Positions 45,039-54,883 of a stretch of DNA of 64,000 bases are shown one piece after another (positions within the stretch are counted from its first letter, which is position 1; the number at the start of each line of letters is the position of its first letter). Both the position numbers and the translations under genes were made by a program. The stretch is from an uncultured Acidobacteriota bacterium (lineage in GTDB: Bacteria; Acidobacteriota; Vicinamibacteria; Vicinamibacterales; CAVVIG01). The DNA is taken from contig CAVYZX010000004.1 in the NCBI GenBank assembly GCA_963773035.1, positions 470,642-534,641 of the forward strand, read 5' to 3'. The notes beneath the pieces were generated by a model, which was given only the letters and a program-made list of their open reading frames with translations, was not told the origin of the DNA and ran no database searches.

Positions 45039-46805
45039 TCAGGTGCGGCCGGCGGAGTTGGTGGCGCCGGCGGAGGAGGCGGCGGTTGGTGGCGCCGGCG
45101 GAATTGGTGGCGCCGGCGGAATTGGTGGCGCTGGCGGAATTGGTGGCGCCGCCGTCGCCTCAGGTGACTCAGGTGGCGCTGGTGGGGGCGGAGGCGGCAA
45201 CGGCGGGGCGCCGCGTCCGCTTCCCCTCAACGCAATCTGAATCCGGACGTCACTGCGACCATCCGGCGACTTGTTCGACACCACACCAAGCGTCAGGTGT
45301 TCGTCGATCCCGCGAACTGCCTCACCGAGCTTGAGCAAGGTGTCGTTGGTCACGGCATCGCCCACCTGCACGCCCAAGCGCGGCTGCACCCGCTCTTTCA
45401 GGCTGGGACTCACGCCAATGAAGTCGATGGCGCTGACTACGCCGTTCCAGTCCGTCGGGGCGTGACCACCGGCGACCCCGAACCCGAAGCCGCGTCCACG
45501 GCCGGGAGGTAGTGGGGGCACGGGTGGCGCCGGCCTGGGCGCTGGCGTGAGTGGAGTCAAAGCCGGGCGGGCGGGCTCGACTGGTCTCGGTCCGAAGTCG
45601 ATCACGATCCGCACCGACTGCGGCGCGGGCACATCGTCGGCGTAGTGCCACTGGAGGACACTCGACAGCGCATCCCTGCGCAATTCCTCCGGGCCGCTCA
45701 CGACTCGCGCGTCAGCGACCTCACCAGTACGACCGAGCGTCGCTTCGATCACCACCTGTCCTTGCGTCGTGGCGTTGCGTGGGTAGCGCAGCGGAGGACG
45801 ATGGAGAAGGGTGCCGCCAGAGTCGACGGTGATGCCGGGTTCGTCGGGTAGAGCCTGCGCTTCGCTCCTGAGTGGGAGCAACCAGACGGCCAATGCAGCA
45901 ACGACAACAACAGCTGACGCGGTGGCCAGAAAGCGCGATACGCCCCGAGAAGCAGACCAGGAAGCTTCGGTCATCACGGCCGCGATGCGCGCAACGAGGT
46001 GGCGCCTCTTGAGAAAGAGCGGCGCCGGTGCGACGTCCGGTTCCAGCCGATGCGCGGCGACGGCCAGCAGCGCCTCGACATACCCGTGACGATCGAGTGT
46101 CCGCCGCACCACTTCTTCGTCCACCGACTGCTCACGCGCGAGCTGGATCTCGGCGAGCGCATACCAGACGGCCGGGTGAAACCACAAAAGTGCGCGAATC
46201 AGCTCTTCGACCAGAACGAATATCCAGTGCTTGCGCTCGACATGGATCAGTTCGTGGCGGATGATGGCCTGACGAGCGTCTTCCGGCAGATGGGCGATCC
46301 GCGCTGGCAGCAGGACCGACGGCCATCGCCAGCCAAATGTCACCGGTCCCGTCACGTCATCGGATTCGTACCACTGCACATCGCGCCACGCCTGCTCACC
46401 AGGTAGAGGGCTCGGCGGCTCGCTCATTGGCTTGGCTTTCTCACGGATGTTGCGGAGGCGAAGCAATCCGGCGCCGATCCAGGCGAGCCGAAGGACCGCC
46501 CCTCCAACAAGAATCCAAAGGAGAAGATCCATCGTCCATAAGCGTCTTGGTTGTGGAGCCACCACTGTTGCGAAGCCCGTGCTGATCGTGTCGGCCGCCA
46601 CGATGTTTGGAATCGCCTGCAGCGGCGGTTGATACCACGGTCCGATCAGGGGAAGGAGCACAGACAGAGTCAGGATCCCCTGCCAAAACGCGAGGCGGGC
46701 CCGGGCGTGAGGCCAACGACGCGAAACGAGAGCCGCAGTCGCCACGAGCACTGCCACTTGTGCGCTCCAGGCCAGGAGGTTGTCGAGGAACAGGGATGGG
46801 GTCAT
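45039..46805 (-). CDS. BlaR1-like M56 peptidase sensor with a TonB-C-like domain and a Pro-rich tail
   Basis: Metalloprotease motif: RHELIHVERKHW (HExxH). Also N-terminal TM helices, a TonB_C-like segment (LRYPRNATTQGQVVIEATLGRTGEVADARVVSG), a further soluble domain, and the tail PPLPPPPPPAPP...(PPIPPA)x3. Confidence 0.8.
   Translation of the reverse strand: MTPSLFLDNLLAWSAQVAVLVATAALVSRRWPHARARLAFWQGILTLSVLLPLIGPWYQPPLQAIPNIVAADTISTGFATVVAPQPRRLWTMDLLLWILVGGAVLRLAWIGAGLLRLRNIREKAKPMSEPPSPLPGEQAWRDVQWYESDDVTGPVTFGWRWPSVLLPARIAHLPEDARQAIIRHELIHVERKHWIFVLVEELIRALLWFHPAVWYALAEIQLAREQSVDEEVVRRTLDRHGYVEALLAVAAHRLEPDVAPAPLFLKRRHLVARIAAVMTEASWSASRGVSRFLATASAVVVVAALAVWLLPLRSEAQALPDEPGITVDSGGTLLHRPPLRYPRNATTQGQVVIEATLGRTGEVADARVVSGPEELRRDALSSVLQWHYADDVPAPQSVRIVIDFGPRPVEPARPALTPLTPAPRPAPPVPPLPPGRGRGFGFGVAGGHAPTDWNGVVSAIDFIGVSPSLKERVQPRLGVQVGDAVTNDTLLKLGEAVRGIDEHLTLGVVSNKSPDGRSDVRIQIALRGSGRGAPPLPPPPPPAPPESPEATAAPPIPPAPPIPPAPPIPPAPPTAASSAGATNSAGRT
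45088..45153. repeat. 18-bp tandem repeat of about 3.5 units inside the BlaR1-like tail
   Basis: GGTGGCGCCGGCGGAATT occurs twice, followed by GGTGGCGCTGGCGGAATT and a partial unit. It encodes PPIPPA on the minus strand. Confidence 0.85.
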
Positions 46806-47182
46806 GATCGCTTCGTTCCTTTCATCGCGCGCCGGATCTGCTTCAGATCCTCAGCCGTGAGCTTTTCGTCTTCCACCAGGTGGACGAGCAGTGGCTCGGC
46901 GGCGCCGTTGAAGACCCGCTCCACGAACTCGCGCACCATGGAGCGGATGACCTGTTTTTCAGGTTGTGCGGCCGCGTACACGAACGCCCGATCGCCCTGC
47001 CGCTTCGTCAGAAACCCCTTCTGCTCGAGGATGTTCATCATGGTCATCACCGTCGTGTAGGCGATCCGTCGATGAGCGAGCCGATCCTCGTAGACCTGGC
47101 GGACGGTGGCGGGGCCCAGCCGCCAGATGACCTTCATGATTTCGAGCTCGAGTCCGGTCAGCGTGCGTTTGGCGCGGCTCAT
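46802..47182 (-). CDS. BlaI/MecI/CopY family transcriptional repressor
   Basis: LTGLELEIMKVIWRLGPATVRQVYEDRL...YTTVMTMMNILEQKGFLTKRQGDRAFVY. Its stop overlaps the BlaR1-like start as ATGA. Confidence 0.9.
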   Translation of the reverse strand: MSRAKRTLTGLELEIMKVIWRLGPATVRQVYEDRLAHRRIAYTTVMTMMNILEQKGFLTKRQGDRAFVYAAAQPEKQVIRSMVREFVERVFNGAAEPLLVHLVEDEKLTAEDLKQIRRAMKGTKRS

Positions 47183-47197
47183 ACTAAGTATTTAGTA
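47182..47197. promoter_or_regulatory. Palindrome abutting the BlaI-family start codon; candidate autoregulatory operator
   Basis: TACTAAGTATTTAGTA is self-complementary at 14 of 16 positions, with half-sites TACTAA and TTAGTA. It sits in a locally AT-rich patch. The first T is the complement of the A of the ATG. No SD is present. Confidence 0.5.
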
Positions 47198-47267
47198 CTA
47201 AAGTCGTATTTGAGGTCAAGCGATTTCGGCAATCGGGGGAAAGGTCGGACGGATACCAGTTAGCGGC

Positions 47268-49938
47268 TCACCAGTCGTTGAGCACGGCCAGCGGATCGAT
47301 CCGCGACGCCCGCCGGGCAGGAAGATAACAGGCCAGAAATGCGACGAGCGCGAGCGCCGACAGAACGACGAAGAACGTCAACGGATCGGTTGGCGTGACG
47401 CCCCACAGCAGATTGCTAATCACCCGCGTAAGGGCCAGAGACGCGAGCGTGCCCAAGAGGACCCCGACCATGACGATCAGCATCCCCTGACGGAGCACGA
47501 GACGAAGGACCGTCGCCGAACGCGCCCCAAGGGCCATTCGAATGCCGATTTCCTTGCTGCGTTCGCTCACGCCGTGCGACAGCACGCCGAAGATGCCGAC
47601 GACTGCCAGGGCGACCGAAATGATCCCGAAGAGGGTGAGGACGATTGTGTACTCGCGTAGATCCTTCAGCTGTTCGGCCGCGTATTGTTCCACGGTCCGG
47701 ATATTGATCAGCACCTGCGTGGGATCCTCCTCGAGCACCGCCGCCTGCAGCGCCGGCATCATCCGACCCGGATCTCCGGCGACCCGCACGACGAAGGTGT
47801 TGGGCAGCATGATCTGCTGACTCAACGTCATGGCCATCCGACGTGGCAGTTGAGAGCGCGGCACGTACAGTTGCGGCTCAGAGCTGCGCTGATAGCGGTT
47901 CTGTCGCACATCTCCGACCACACCCACGATCTCGCGCGGCCGGTCGTAAGGCAGATTCAACTGAATCCGCTTGCCGATCGGATCCTCTCCGGACCAGAAC
48001 GTCTTGGCCATCGTCGTATTGATGATGGCGACAGACCGTCCTCGCTCGGTATCGTCCATCGCAAATTCGCGTCCGCCGAGGAGCGGAATACTGAGCGTCC
48101 GGAAATAGCCGTGCCCGATGGGATACCACGCTGTCGACAACGCCTCCCTCTCGGAAGATGCGACGAGCCGACCCTCGGGAATGAACTCCATGCGTGGAGG
48201 CTCGCCACCAAGGGGCGGCGTGACGGTCAGCGTCGCCGACTCGACATTCGGAATCGCAGACAAGCGTGCGCGAATGCTCTCGCTGAGACCCTCGATTCGT
48301 GGAGTGAGCTCAACCTCGTAAGATGTGTTGCCGTCCCACGTATAAAACGATCGTGGAAAGGGCACTTGAAAGGTCATCAGGCGTCGAGTGTCAAATCCTG
48401 CCTGAACACCGCCAAGACGTAAGACGCTGTTGATCAAGAGGCCTGCGCCGACCAACAGCACGAGAGTCAAAGCGATCTGAACGACTACGAACGCCCCACG
48501 GAGCACGTGTCGGGCGTCAGTCAATCCCCTGCCGGATGCCCGGAGAACCGCCAGCGCGCCCGGATGCGACATGTTGAGCGCGGGCGCGAGGCCAAAGATC
48601 ACGCCGCTCCCAACGCTCATCAACAACGTAAATCCCATGACAGTGGTGTCGAGCGTCACTTCGCCCGAGGCGGGCAACCCGCGCGAGCTCATGTTGGTGA
48701 ACACGCGAAGCCCCGCCCAGGAAATCCCCACTCCCAGCGCGCCGCCGACTATCGCGAAAAACACGCTTTCGGTCAGCAACTGACCCACGATGCGCGGGCG
48801 GCTGGCTCCGAGCGCTGCGCGTAACGCCATTCCCGCTGACGAGTGGCGCCCTGCGACAACAACAAGGCGGCCACATTCGCACAGGCAATCACCAGCACGA
48901 AGAAGACGGCGCCTTGAAACGCGAGGAGCGGCCTTCGGAACGCCGCGACGTAGACGTCCTGGAGGGACTCCACACGAATGTCCCAACCCTTGTGTGTCTC
49001 GGGCATCTGCTCTGCAAGGACTTGAGCCAGCCTCGCCATGTCGGCCTGCGCCTGCTCCGGCGTAATGCCGCGCTTGAGACGCGCCACAACCGTATAGATC
49101 CGGCTGTTGCTGCGTAGCGCCGTACGCAGCCCCTCATCTGTCTGAAAGAGCCAGAATTCGGCCGAATTGACCAACTCGAAGCCGGGAGGCATCACGCCAA
49201 CCACGGTGACGACGAACGCATCGACGCGCAGCTTTTTCCCCAGGACGTCCGACGCCCCTCCGTACAACCGACGCCACAGCCCGTCGCTGATGACAATCGA
49301 GAGTGGATCGTCAGGCGAAGGCCAACGCCCGATGACCGGGTTCACGCCCACAACCCTCGCGAGATCGAATGTGAACCACTGGGCTGCACCCGTATGCGGC
49401 CACCGGCGTTTGCCGAGTCCTCGCCGACGTTGAACGCCGCGTTGAGCCGAACGGCACCCACACTCTCGAACACCGAGTTCTCGTCGCGGATCGTGAAGTA
49501 TCCGAGGGGATTCGTTCCGGTTTTGCGGTCGGGTTGAGTCGAGGGCGTGAACCAGACGACGACCAGCCGGTCGGCATCAGGCAATGGAAGCGAGCGCAGA
49601 AGCACAGCGTTTACGATGCTGAAGATCAACGTGTTGGCACCGATGCCGAGAGCCAACGAGCAGATGACCGCCGCGCCAACACCAGGCCGCCTCAGAAGCG
49701 CGCGCGCGTGATATTTGAGGTCGGTCCAGATCTGCGCGACGGCAAACAACGGGTCGGCTTCGCGCGCCCGTTCCTCGACGCGTGTCCGATTGCCGAACTG
49801 CCGTAGGGCCGCCGTCCGAGCCTCTTCAGGAGTCAGGCCCCGGTCGAGATTCGACTGGATCTCGAGCTGAAGATGAGCGTCGATTTCTTCGCCGAGCTCG
49901 AGATCGGTTCGCCACCGCAGCCACCGCGGGAGGTTCAT
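47268..49938 (-). pseudogene. ADOP-type duplicated MacB/FtsX permease paralog, split into three ORFs by two frameshifts
   Basis: ORFs 49342-50157 (from [23 protein letters not shown]), 48773-49351 and 47268-48986 are collinear with the intact paralog at 49941-52727. The junctions are at GGG 49381-49383 (one base short) and TT 48831-48832 (one base short). Confidence 0.85.
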
Positions 49939-49940
49939 GA

Positions 49941-52727
49941 TTACTGCTCGAATTTCAACGCTACCGTCGGATCCACGGAGGTCGCGCGGCGCGTGGGAAC
50001 GAGGCAGGCGACCGCCGCGATCGAGACCAGGAGCGCAGTCACAGCGGCAAATGTCGCCGGATCGGTTGCGGTCACCTCGACGAGCACCGACCGAATCACC
50101 CGGGTAACCGCCAGCGCCGACGCCAGCCCGACGAGCAGCCCGATGCCAATCATCCACGTCGCTTGCCGGAGCACCATCCTGAGGACATCCTGAGCCCGTG
50201 CGCCCAGCGCCATCCGGATACCGATTTCCCTGGTGCGCTCGGCGACCGAGTACGCCATCACACCGTAGATTCCGGTGGCTGCGAGGACCGCGGCGACCGC
50301 GCCAAAGACTCCGAGCAGGAACATGTAGAGACGCAGATGGCGAATCTGGGCATCGAGTGTCTGTTCCATCGTCTGGATCGCCGCGACGGGAGTGCTGGGA
50401 TCGACTTCGGCCACGGCACGCTTGACCGTCTCGACGATGCGCGTCGGTTCCCCCGACGTGCGAAGCACGAACGTCATGCCGACGCGCAGGTAGACCCAGG
50501 GGCCCGCGAAACGTGACGACTGCTGCATCTGGTGGACGTAGATCGCCGGTTCCTCTTGATGCTGAAGAGGACCCGCGGCTGTGTCGCCGACGACGGCCAC
50601 GATTTCCCGCTGAGGCTCGTTCGGCACGAAGTCGAGCGAAATACGTTTGCCGATAGGATCGCCGTCTGGAAAATACCGGCGAACGAACGCCCGGTTGACG
50701 ATCGCGACGCTCGGCCGGTCGGCCGCGTCGTGCTCGTCGAAATCGCGGCCCCTGATGATTGGAATTCGCATGGTGCTGAAGAAGCCGGGAGTCACCGCGA
50801 TGTAATTGGCTGTTTGCTGCGTCTCGACTCTCCCTTCCCCGCGAACGCTTGGACTCGTCGGTGCGGGACGCCCTTCAATCAAGAACGGCAGTGCCAACGC
50901 GCCCGAGCCGAATGGTGGAGAGCTCACGGCAGCCACCGAGACAACTCCTGGGACGGTCCGCAAACGCGTGAGAACCAGATCGAACGTCTGAGCCGGAACC
51001 GAGCTGACTTCCCACAAGCTCATGTCCCTGTACCGCTCGGTCAGCGGTTTGACGCCCTCGCTGTCACGAGCCCCTCCACCCCACGACATTCGGAAATCGA
51101 ACGTCAGGAGGTTCTGGGGATCGGCGCCCAAGTCGTGCTGGATGACGCGCACGAAGCTGTTGATCAGCAAGCCGGCGCCAACCAGCAGCACGAGGGCCAA
51201 CGCGACTTGTCCGGTGACGAGCAGGCGGCGAACACGCTGCCGCTTCACGCTGCCAGTCGAGCTTCTTCCTGAATCGCTCATTGGATCTGCGAGCGTCGCT
51301 TTCGAGGCCTGGATGGCCGGCACGACGGCGAACAACACGGTTGTCAGTACGACAATCAGTGCGGTGAACGTAAGCACGCGGAAATTCAGCGCGACCTGAT
51401 CGATCCGGGGAAAACCGGGCGGCGCCATGGTCAGGAATAGTCGAAGTCCAAGCCAGGACAACGCGACGCCCAGAGTCCCACCGACCGCTGCGACGGGGAA
51501 ATTCTCGGCTACCAGTTGACGAACGAGACGCCAGCGACCGGCGCCGAGCGCAAGGCGCAAGGCAATTTCGCTGCGCCGACTGGCGGTCCGGGCCAGCAGC
51601 AGGCCCGAGACGTTCGCACACGCGATGAGCAGGACGAATGCAACCGCGCCCTGCAGAATGAGCAACGACGCACGATAGTCTCCGGACGCCTGGCCGTTGG
51701 CATTGAAGAATCGGGTCTGTGCCCGCTGCAGCGACTCGACACGTGTGCCGATGCCCTTGTGCCGCGCCGGATCGCTTTCGGCGAGCTGGGCCGAAATCCC
51801 ATCGACCTCGGCCTGGGCCTGCGCGATTGAACCCCCGGGCTTGAGTCGGGCGACGATCGTGTTCGCTCCTAGCCTGCTCAATTCCTGGGCGCGCGTCAGG
51901 CACAAGGGCGCAAAGAACTCCAGATCAGTCCCGAAGAAGTCGAAATTCGCTGGCATCACGCCAATGACGGTCGTCGGCACTCGATTGAGCGTCAATGTCT
52001 TCCCGACGACGTTTGCGTCCCCGCCAAAACGGCGCTGCCAGGTCCGATAGCTGATGAGCGTCACCGGCGCCACGTTGTCGGCCTGATCTTCGTCGTCTGC
52101 GAAAGTCCGGCCGACTATCGGCGTGACGCCGAGCGCGCGGAACATCGATGGCGAGATTGTCTGGCCGACGATCCGTTCCGGCGGCGCACCATCCTGGTCG
52201 AAGCCGAGGTTCCGGATTCCACACGCGAGGCCGTTGAAGGCGGCCACCGACTCGAACGACTGAGTCCGATCGCGAAACGCGTAGTAACGCGGGATGCTGG
52301 ATGTTCCCAGCAGATCGGGCTTGCTTTGATCGGGAACGTTCCAGAGAATCACCAACCGCTCAGGGTCCGGAAGTGGGAGCGGCTTCAGCAGCGTGGAGTC
52401 GAGCACGCTGAAAATCAGCGTGTTCGCCCCGATGCCCAGGGCGAGCGACAGAGTCGCGATCGCCGCAAACGCCGGGTTCCTGCGGAGGCTTCGCAATCCA
52501 TGGAGGACGTCTCGGCCGACGGTTTCGAGGCCGAAGAACGGGTCGCCTTCGCGGGCGCGCTCCATCACCTGGGATCGATTTCCGAACCGGCGCAGCGCCG
52601 CGGAGCGCGCTTGATCGGGCGTGAGACCTCGATCGAGGTTGTCGCGGATCTCCTGATCGAGGTGGGCGCTGATCTCCTCGTCGAGCTCCCGATCCTGACG
52701 CCATCGCAGCCAGCGCGGAAGGGTCAT
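49941..52727 (-). CDS. ADOP-family duplicated ABC-type (MacB/FtsX-like) permease
   Basis: True start is ATG 52727 ([41 protein letters not shown]), overlapping the PadR stop as ATGA. The protein has two MacB-PCD plus FtsX 4-TM units. Confidence 0.88.
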   Translation of the reverse strand: MTLPRWLRWRQDRELDEEISAHLDQEIRDNLDRGLTPDQARSAALRRFGNRSQVMERAREGDPFFGLETVGRDVLHGLRSLRRNPAFAAIATLSLALGIGANTLIFSVLDSTLLKPLPLPDPERLVILWNVPDQSKPDLLGTSSIPRYYAFRDRTQSFESVAAFNGLACGIRNLGFDQDGAPPERIVGQTISPSMFRALGVTPIVGRTFADDEDQADNVAPVTLISYRTWQRRFGGDANVVGKTLTLNRVPTTVIGVMPANFDFFGTDLEFFAPLCLTRAQELSRLGANTIVARLKPGGSIAQAQAEVDGISAQLAESDPARHKGIGTRVESLQRAQTRFFNANGQASGDYRASLLILQGAVAFVLLIACANVSGLLLARTASRRSEIALRLALGAGRWRLVRQLVAENFPVAAVGGTLGVALSWLGLRLFLTMAPPGFPRIDQVALNFRVLTFTALIVVLTTVLFAVVPAIQASKATLADPMSDSGRSSTGSVKRQRVRRLLVTGQVALALVLLVGAGLLINSFVRVIQHDLGADPQNLLTFDFRMSWGGGARDSEGVKPLTERYRDMSLWEVSSVPAQTFDLVLTRLRTVPGVVSVAAVSSPPFGSGALALPFLIEGRPAPTSPSVRGEGRVETQQTANYIAVTPGFFSTMRIPIIRGRDFDEHDAADRPSVAIVNRAFVRRYFPDGDPIGKRISLDFVPNEPQREIVAVVGDTAAGPLQHQEEPAIYVHQMQQSSRFAGPWVYLRVGMTFVLRTSGEPTRIVETVKRAVAEVDPSTPVAAIQTMEQTLDAQIRHLRLYMFLLGVFGAVAAVLAATGIYGVMAYSVAERTREIGIRMALGARAQDVLRMVLRQATWMIGIGLLVGLASALAVTRVIRSVLVEVTATDPATFAAVTALLVSIAAVACLVPTRRATSVDPTVALKFEQ

Positions 52728-53071
52728 GGCGTTTCTTCCCGCGGTTTGAGAACACGAGCGACCGCACGCACCATCTTTTCCCATTTGCTGGTTTCGGCGG
52801 CGAGGCGCGCGCGGCCGGCACGCGTCAGCTTGTAATAGCGCGCCCGCCGGTTGTTGTCCGAGCTGCCCCACTCGGACGAGATGAGCCTCGCCCGCTCCAG
52901 GCGCTGCAACGCTGGATACAGAGACCCGTGATCGATCAGGAGGACGTCTTCGGAACTGCGCTGAATCGCCGTGGCAATGCCATGGCCGTGGCGCGGCCCG
53001 AAGACAAGCGTTTGGAGGACGAGCAGGTCGAGCGTTCCCTGGAGGAGCTGAATACGATCGGATTCGGCCAT
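52724..53071 (-). CDS. PadR family transcriptional regulator
   Basis: [50 protein letters not shown]. Confidence 0.92.
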   Translation of the reverse strand: MAESDRIQLLQGTLDLLVLQTLVFGPRHGHGIATAIQRSSEDVLLIDHGSLYPALQRLERARLISSEWGSSDNNRRARYYKLTRAGRARLAAETSKWEKMVRAVARVLKPREETP

Positions 53072-53093
53072 ACTGGTAGAGAGGCTACCAGTA
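53071..53093. promoter_or_regulatory. Perfect 9-bp inverted repeat abutting the PadR start codon; candidate operator
   Basis: TACTGGTAG-AGAGG-CTACCAGTA. The first T is the complement of the A of the ATG. Confidence 0.5.
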
Positions 53094-53116
53094 CTCTAGG
53101 AGCCTGTCTACTAGAA

Positions 53117-53223
53117 ACAGCTCTCAGCTCAGCTCAGCTGTCAGCTGTCAGCTGTTAGTGATCGCTAATGCGAGCACCAGACTCTCGGGACTGAGAGCTG
53201 AAAGCTGAGAGCTGACAGCTGTA
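53117..53223. repeat. Inverted pair of CAGCTS-based heptamer arrays around a unique loop of about 32 nt (same family as 31234-31353)
   Basis: Left arm: ACAGCTCTCAGCTCAGCTCAGCTGTCAGCTGTCAGCTGTTA. Right arm: GACTGAGAGCTGAAAGCTGAGAGCTGACAGCTGTA. The arms are complementary. Confidence 0.85.
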
Positions 53224-53592
53224 TTAACGCAGCTCGATCGTCTTGTCGGCGATGGTGATGCGCTCGGCTCGCAACTCGTTCTTTTCGACCTTGTTCTGGT
53301 ACCCCATGACGGTCGCTTTCGTGCCAGCCTTCAGCATCTCCTTCGAAAGGCCACGGCTCTCCATCCTCGCGGGCGGCGCGAGGACCACGCGCCAGACCTT
53401 GTCTGGGGTCTCGAGATCGACGAACCCGTGGGGATTCTCATAGCCCGAATCCTTCACCGTTCCCGACAGCGTCAGTGGATTCTTTTCGTCGTATCCAGTC
53501 CAGCCGTGGTGAGCAGGCAAAACGCCAATCGCCGATATGAACAAGACGGCCGTCACCGCAAGCGTCGCCTTGAACAAGCTGATCTTCCGCAT
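53224..53592 (-). CDS. Small secreted protein (DUF6152-like, name uncertain)
   Basis: True start is ATG 53592, after GAGGAGGG. MRKISLFKATLAVTAVLFISAIGVLPAHHGWTGYDEKNPLTLSGTVKDSGYENPHGF. Confidence 0.65.
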   Translation of the reverse strand: MRKISLFKATLAVTAVLFISAIGVLPAHHGWTGYDEKNPLTLSGTVKDSGYENPHGFVDLETPDKVWRVVLAPPARMESRGLSKEMLKAGTKATVMGYQNKVEKNELRAERITIADKTIELR

Positions 53593-53977
53593 GGTGCCCT
53601 CCTCTAAAGATCGATTCACGCCTTTGTCTATGGTCACACGAATTCGTGGACTGCGAACGCCACGCACGTGGCAATTCTTGCGATGCCGACGAGCTTCGGA
53701 ATCGGCAGAATCTGCCCAGCGTTTTTCCCGGTTTCGCGCAATTGCTTCGAAATCCGACGTCGTGCCCGCGGCACTTCCTTTGCTCAACAGTAGCATGCGA
53801 TCTCAGTCGTCGCGTGGCACAAGACATCGGCTCTGGCACAGGTGGCAGCGAGTCACTCGGTTTCGAACATGGCTCCATTCGTCTGCTCTCTTCTCTCTCC
53901 CGATTCGCCGCGGGCGGCGGAACGTCCGTTGGGTTTCTCACGAAGGAACCCCGGGAAGCCAGAAAGGGAGGAGACGT

Positions 53978-54880
53978 ATGCCATGGAAGAAGGTTCTTGG
54001 CGCGGGGACACTAGCGGGGCTGTCGCTGACAGGCGCAACGGCCACCGCCCGCCTCGACGCTGCGCCAACGGCGGGGCAGTCGTTGGAGCGCGAAGGCTTC
54101 AGCCGAGCGGGCGCTGCGCCGGCTGCCGAAAGTTGGAACACGTTCAGCGCGGATATCACGATTCGGCACAGCCGCGTCAAGGCCGACGGTCGGCCGGCCG
54201 GCGGAGCGACACCCGCGATGCGGTACCGCTGGGAACGACGCCTCACGGGCACCGGTTGGAAGTCAACGATGACGTTCGAGAACGAGACACCCGTCTCGGT
54301 GCAGAGTCCTGGTGGCCGCAAGCAGATCGAAAACCCCTTTGCAATCGCCCGCGTCGAAGACGACGAGGACGGGACGCCGCTGCGGCTTTTCGATCGGAAG
54401 GGCGAGCGGGTGCATGTGCCGTCGGAGCTGCAGCTCCGCCGTCAATTCAACCGGGTGCCTGGCCCGCTCGTGGCCAATGAGACGGCGCTCGCAAGTGCGG
54501 TTCGCCCGCGCACGTTCGGCCGGGAGTGGAGCGAGACCATTCTCGCGATGCCGTCGAAGGCCGCCGCGCGGCGAGCGGCGTTGGAACGCCGATTCGGCAG
54601 GGCCGCAGGTCGAATTCGAGCGCTGGATCGTTTTGTTTCGACGCATGACCAGGACACTACTGAAGTTCTTGCGGATCCACAGTCAGCGCTGCCCCTCGAA
54701 ATCAATGTCGTGCGGAATCAGGCACTCTTGTCGCATGCGACGATGGGGTACGTGCGTGGCGAAGGCGGGGCGTTGATCCGGCAGTCGCTTCGTATTGAAC
54801 GAGCCATTCCCGACGCTGCCGGTGAGCGAACCGCGACGGATGTCGAGATCAACAACGTTCGCCTGGAAGAGAAGAGGTGA
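53978..54880 (+). CDS. Secreted hypothetical protein, first gene of a five-gene exported operon
   Basis: ATG 53978 follows GGGAGGAG. Signal: MPWKKVLGAGTLAGLSLTGATATA. WNTFSADITIRHSRV...MRYRWERRL is faintly LolA-like. Confidence 0.6.
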   Translation: MPWKKVLGAGTLAGLSLTGATATARLDAAPTAGQSLEREGFSRAGAAPAAESWNTFSADITIRHSRVKADGRPAGGATPAMRYRWERRLTGTGWKSTMTFENETPVSVQSPGGRKQIENPFAIARVEDDEDGTPLRLFDRKGERVHVPSELQLRRQFNRVPGPLVANETALASAVRPRTFGREWSETILAMPSKAAARRAALERRFGRAAGRIRALDRFVSTHDQDTTEVLADPQSALPLEINVVRNQALLSHATMGYVRGEGGALIRQSLRIERAIPDAAGERTATDVEINNVRLEEKR

Positions 54881-54883
54881 AGG

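Noticed and set aside
44759-45334. 191-aa plus-strand ORF (WRWRRWRRRRRWWWRRRR...)
   Set aside because: It is the antisense image of the Pro-rich tail of the BlaR1-like gene.
52728-52871. Long form of the ADOP permease ORF (976 aa)
   Set aside because: The extension overlaps PadR out of frame. The conserved N-terminus MTLPRWLRW begins at 52727, with ATGA coupling to PadR.
53820-53860. TGGCAC motifs considered as a sigma-54 promoter upstream of the 53978 operon
   Set aside because: The GG-to-GC spacing does not fit TGGCAC-N5-TTGC in either occurrence (TGGCACAAGACATCGGC, TGGCACAGGTGGCAGC).
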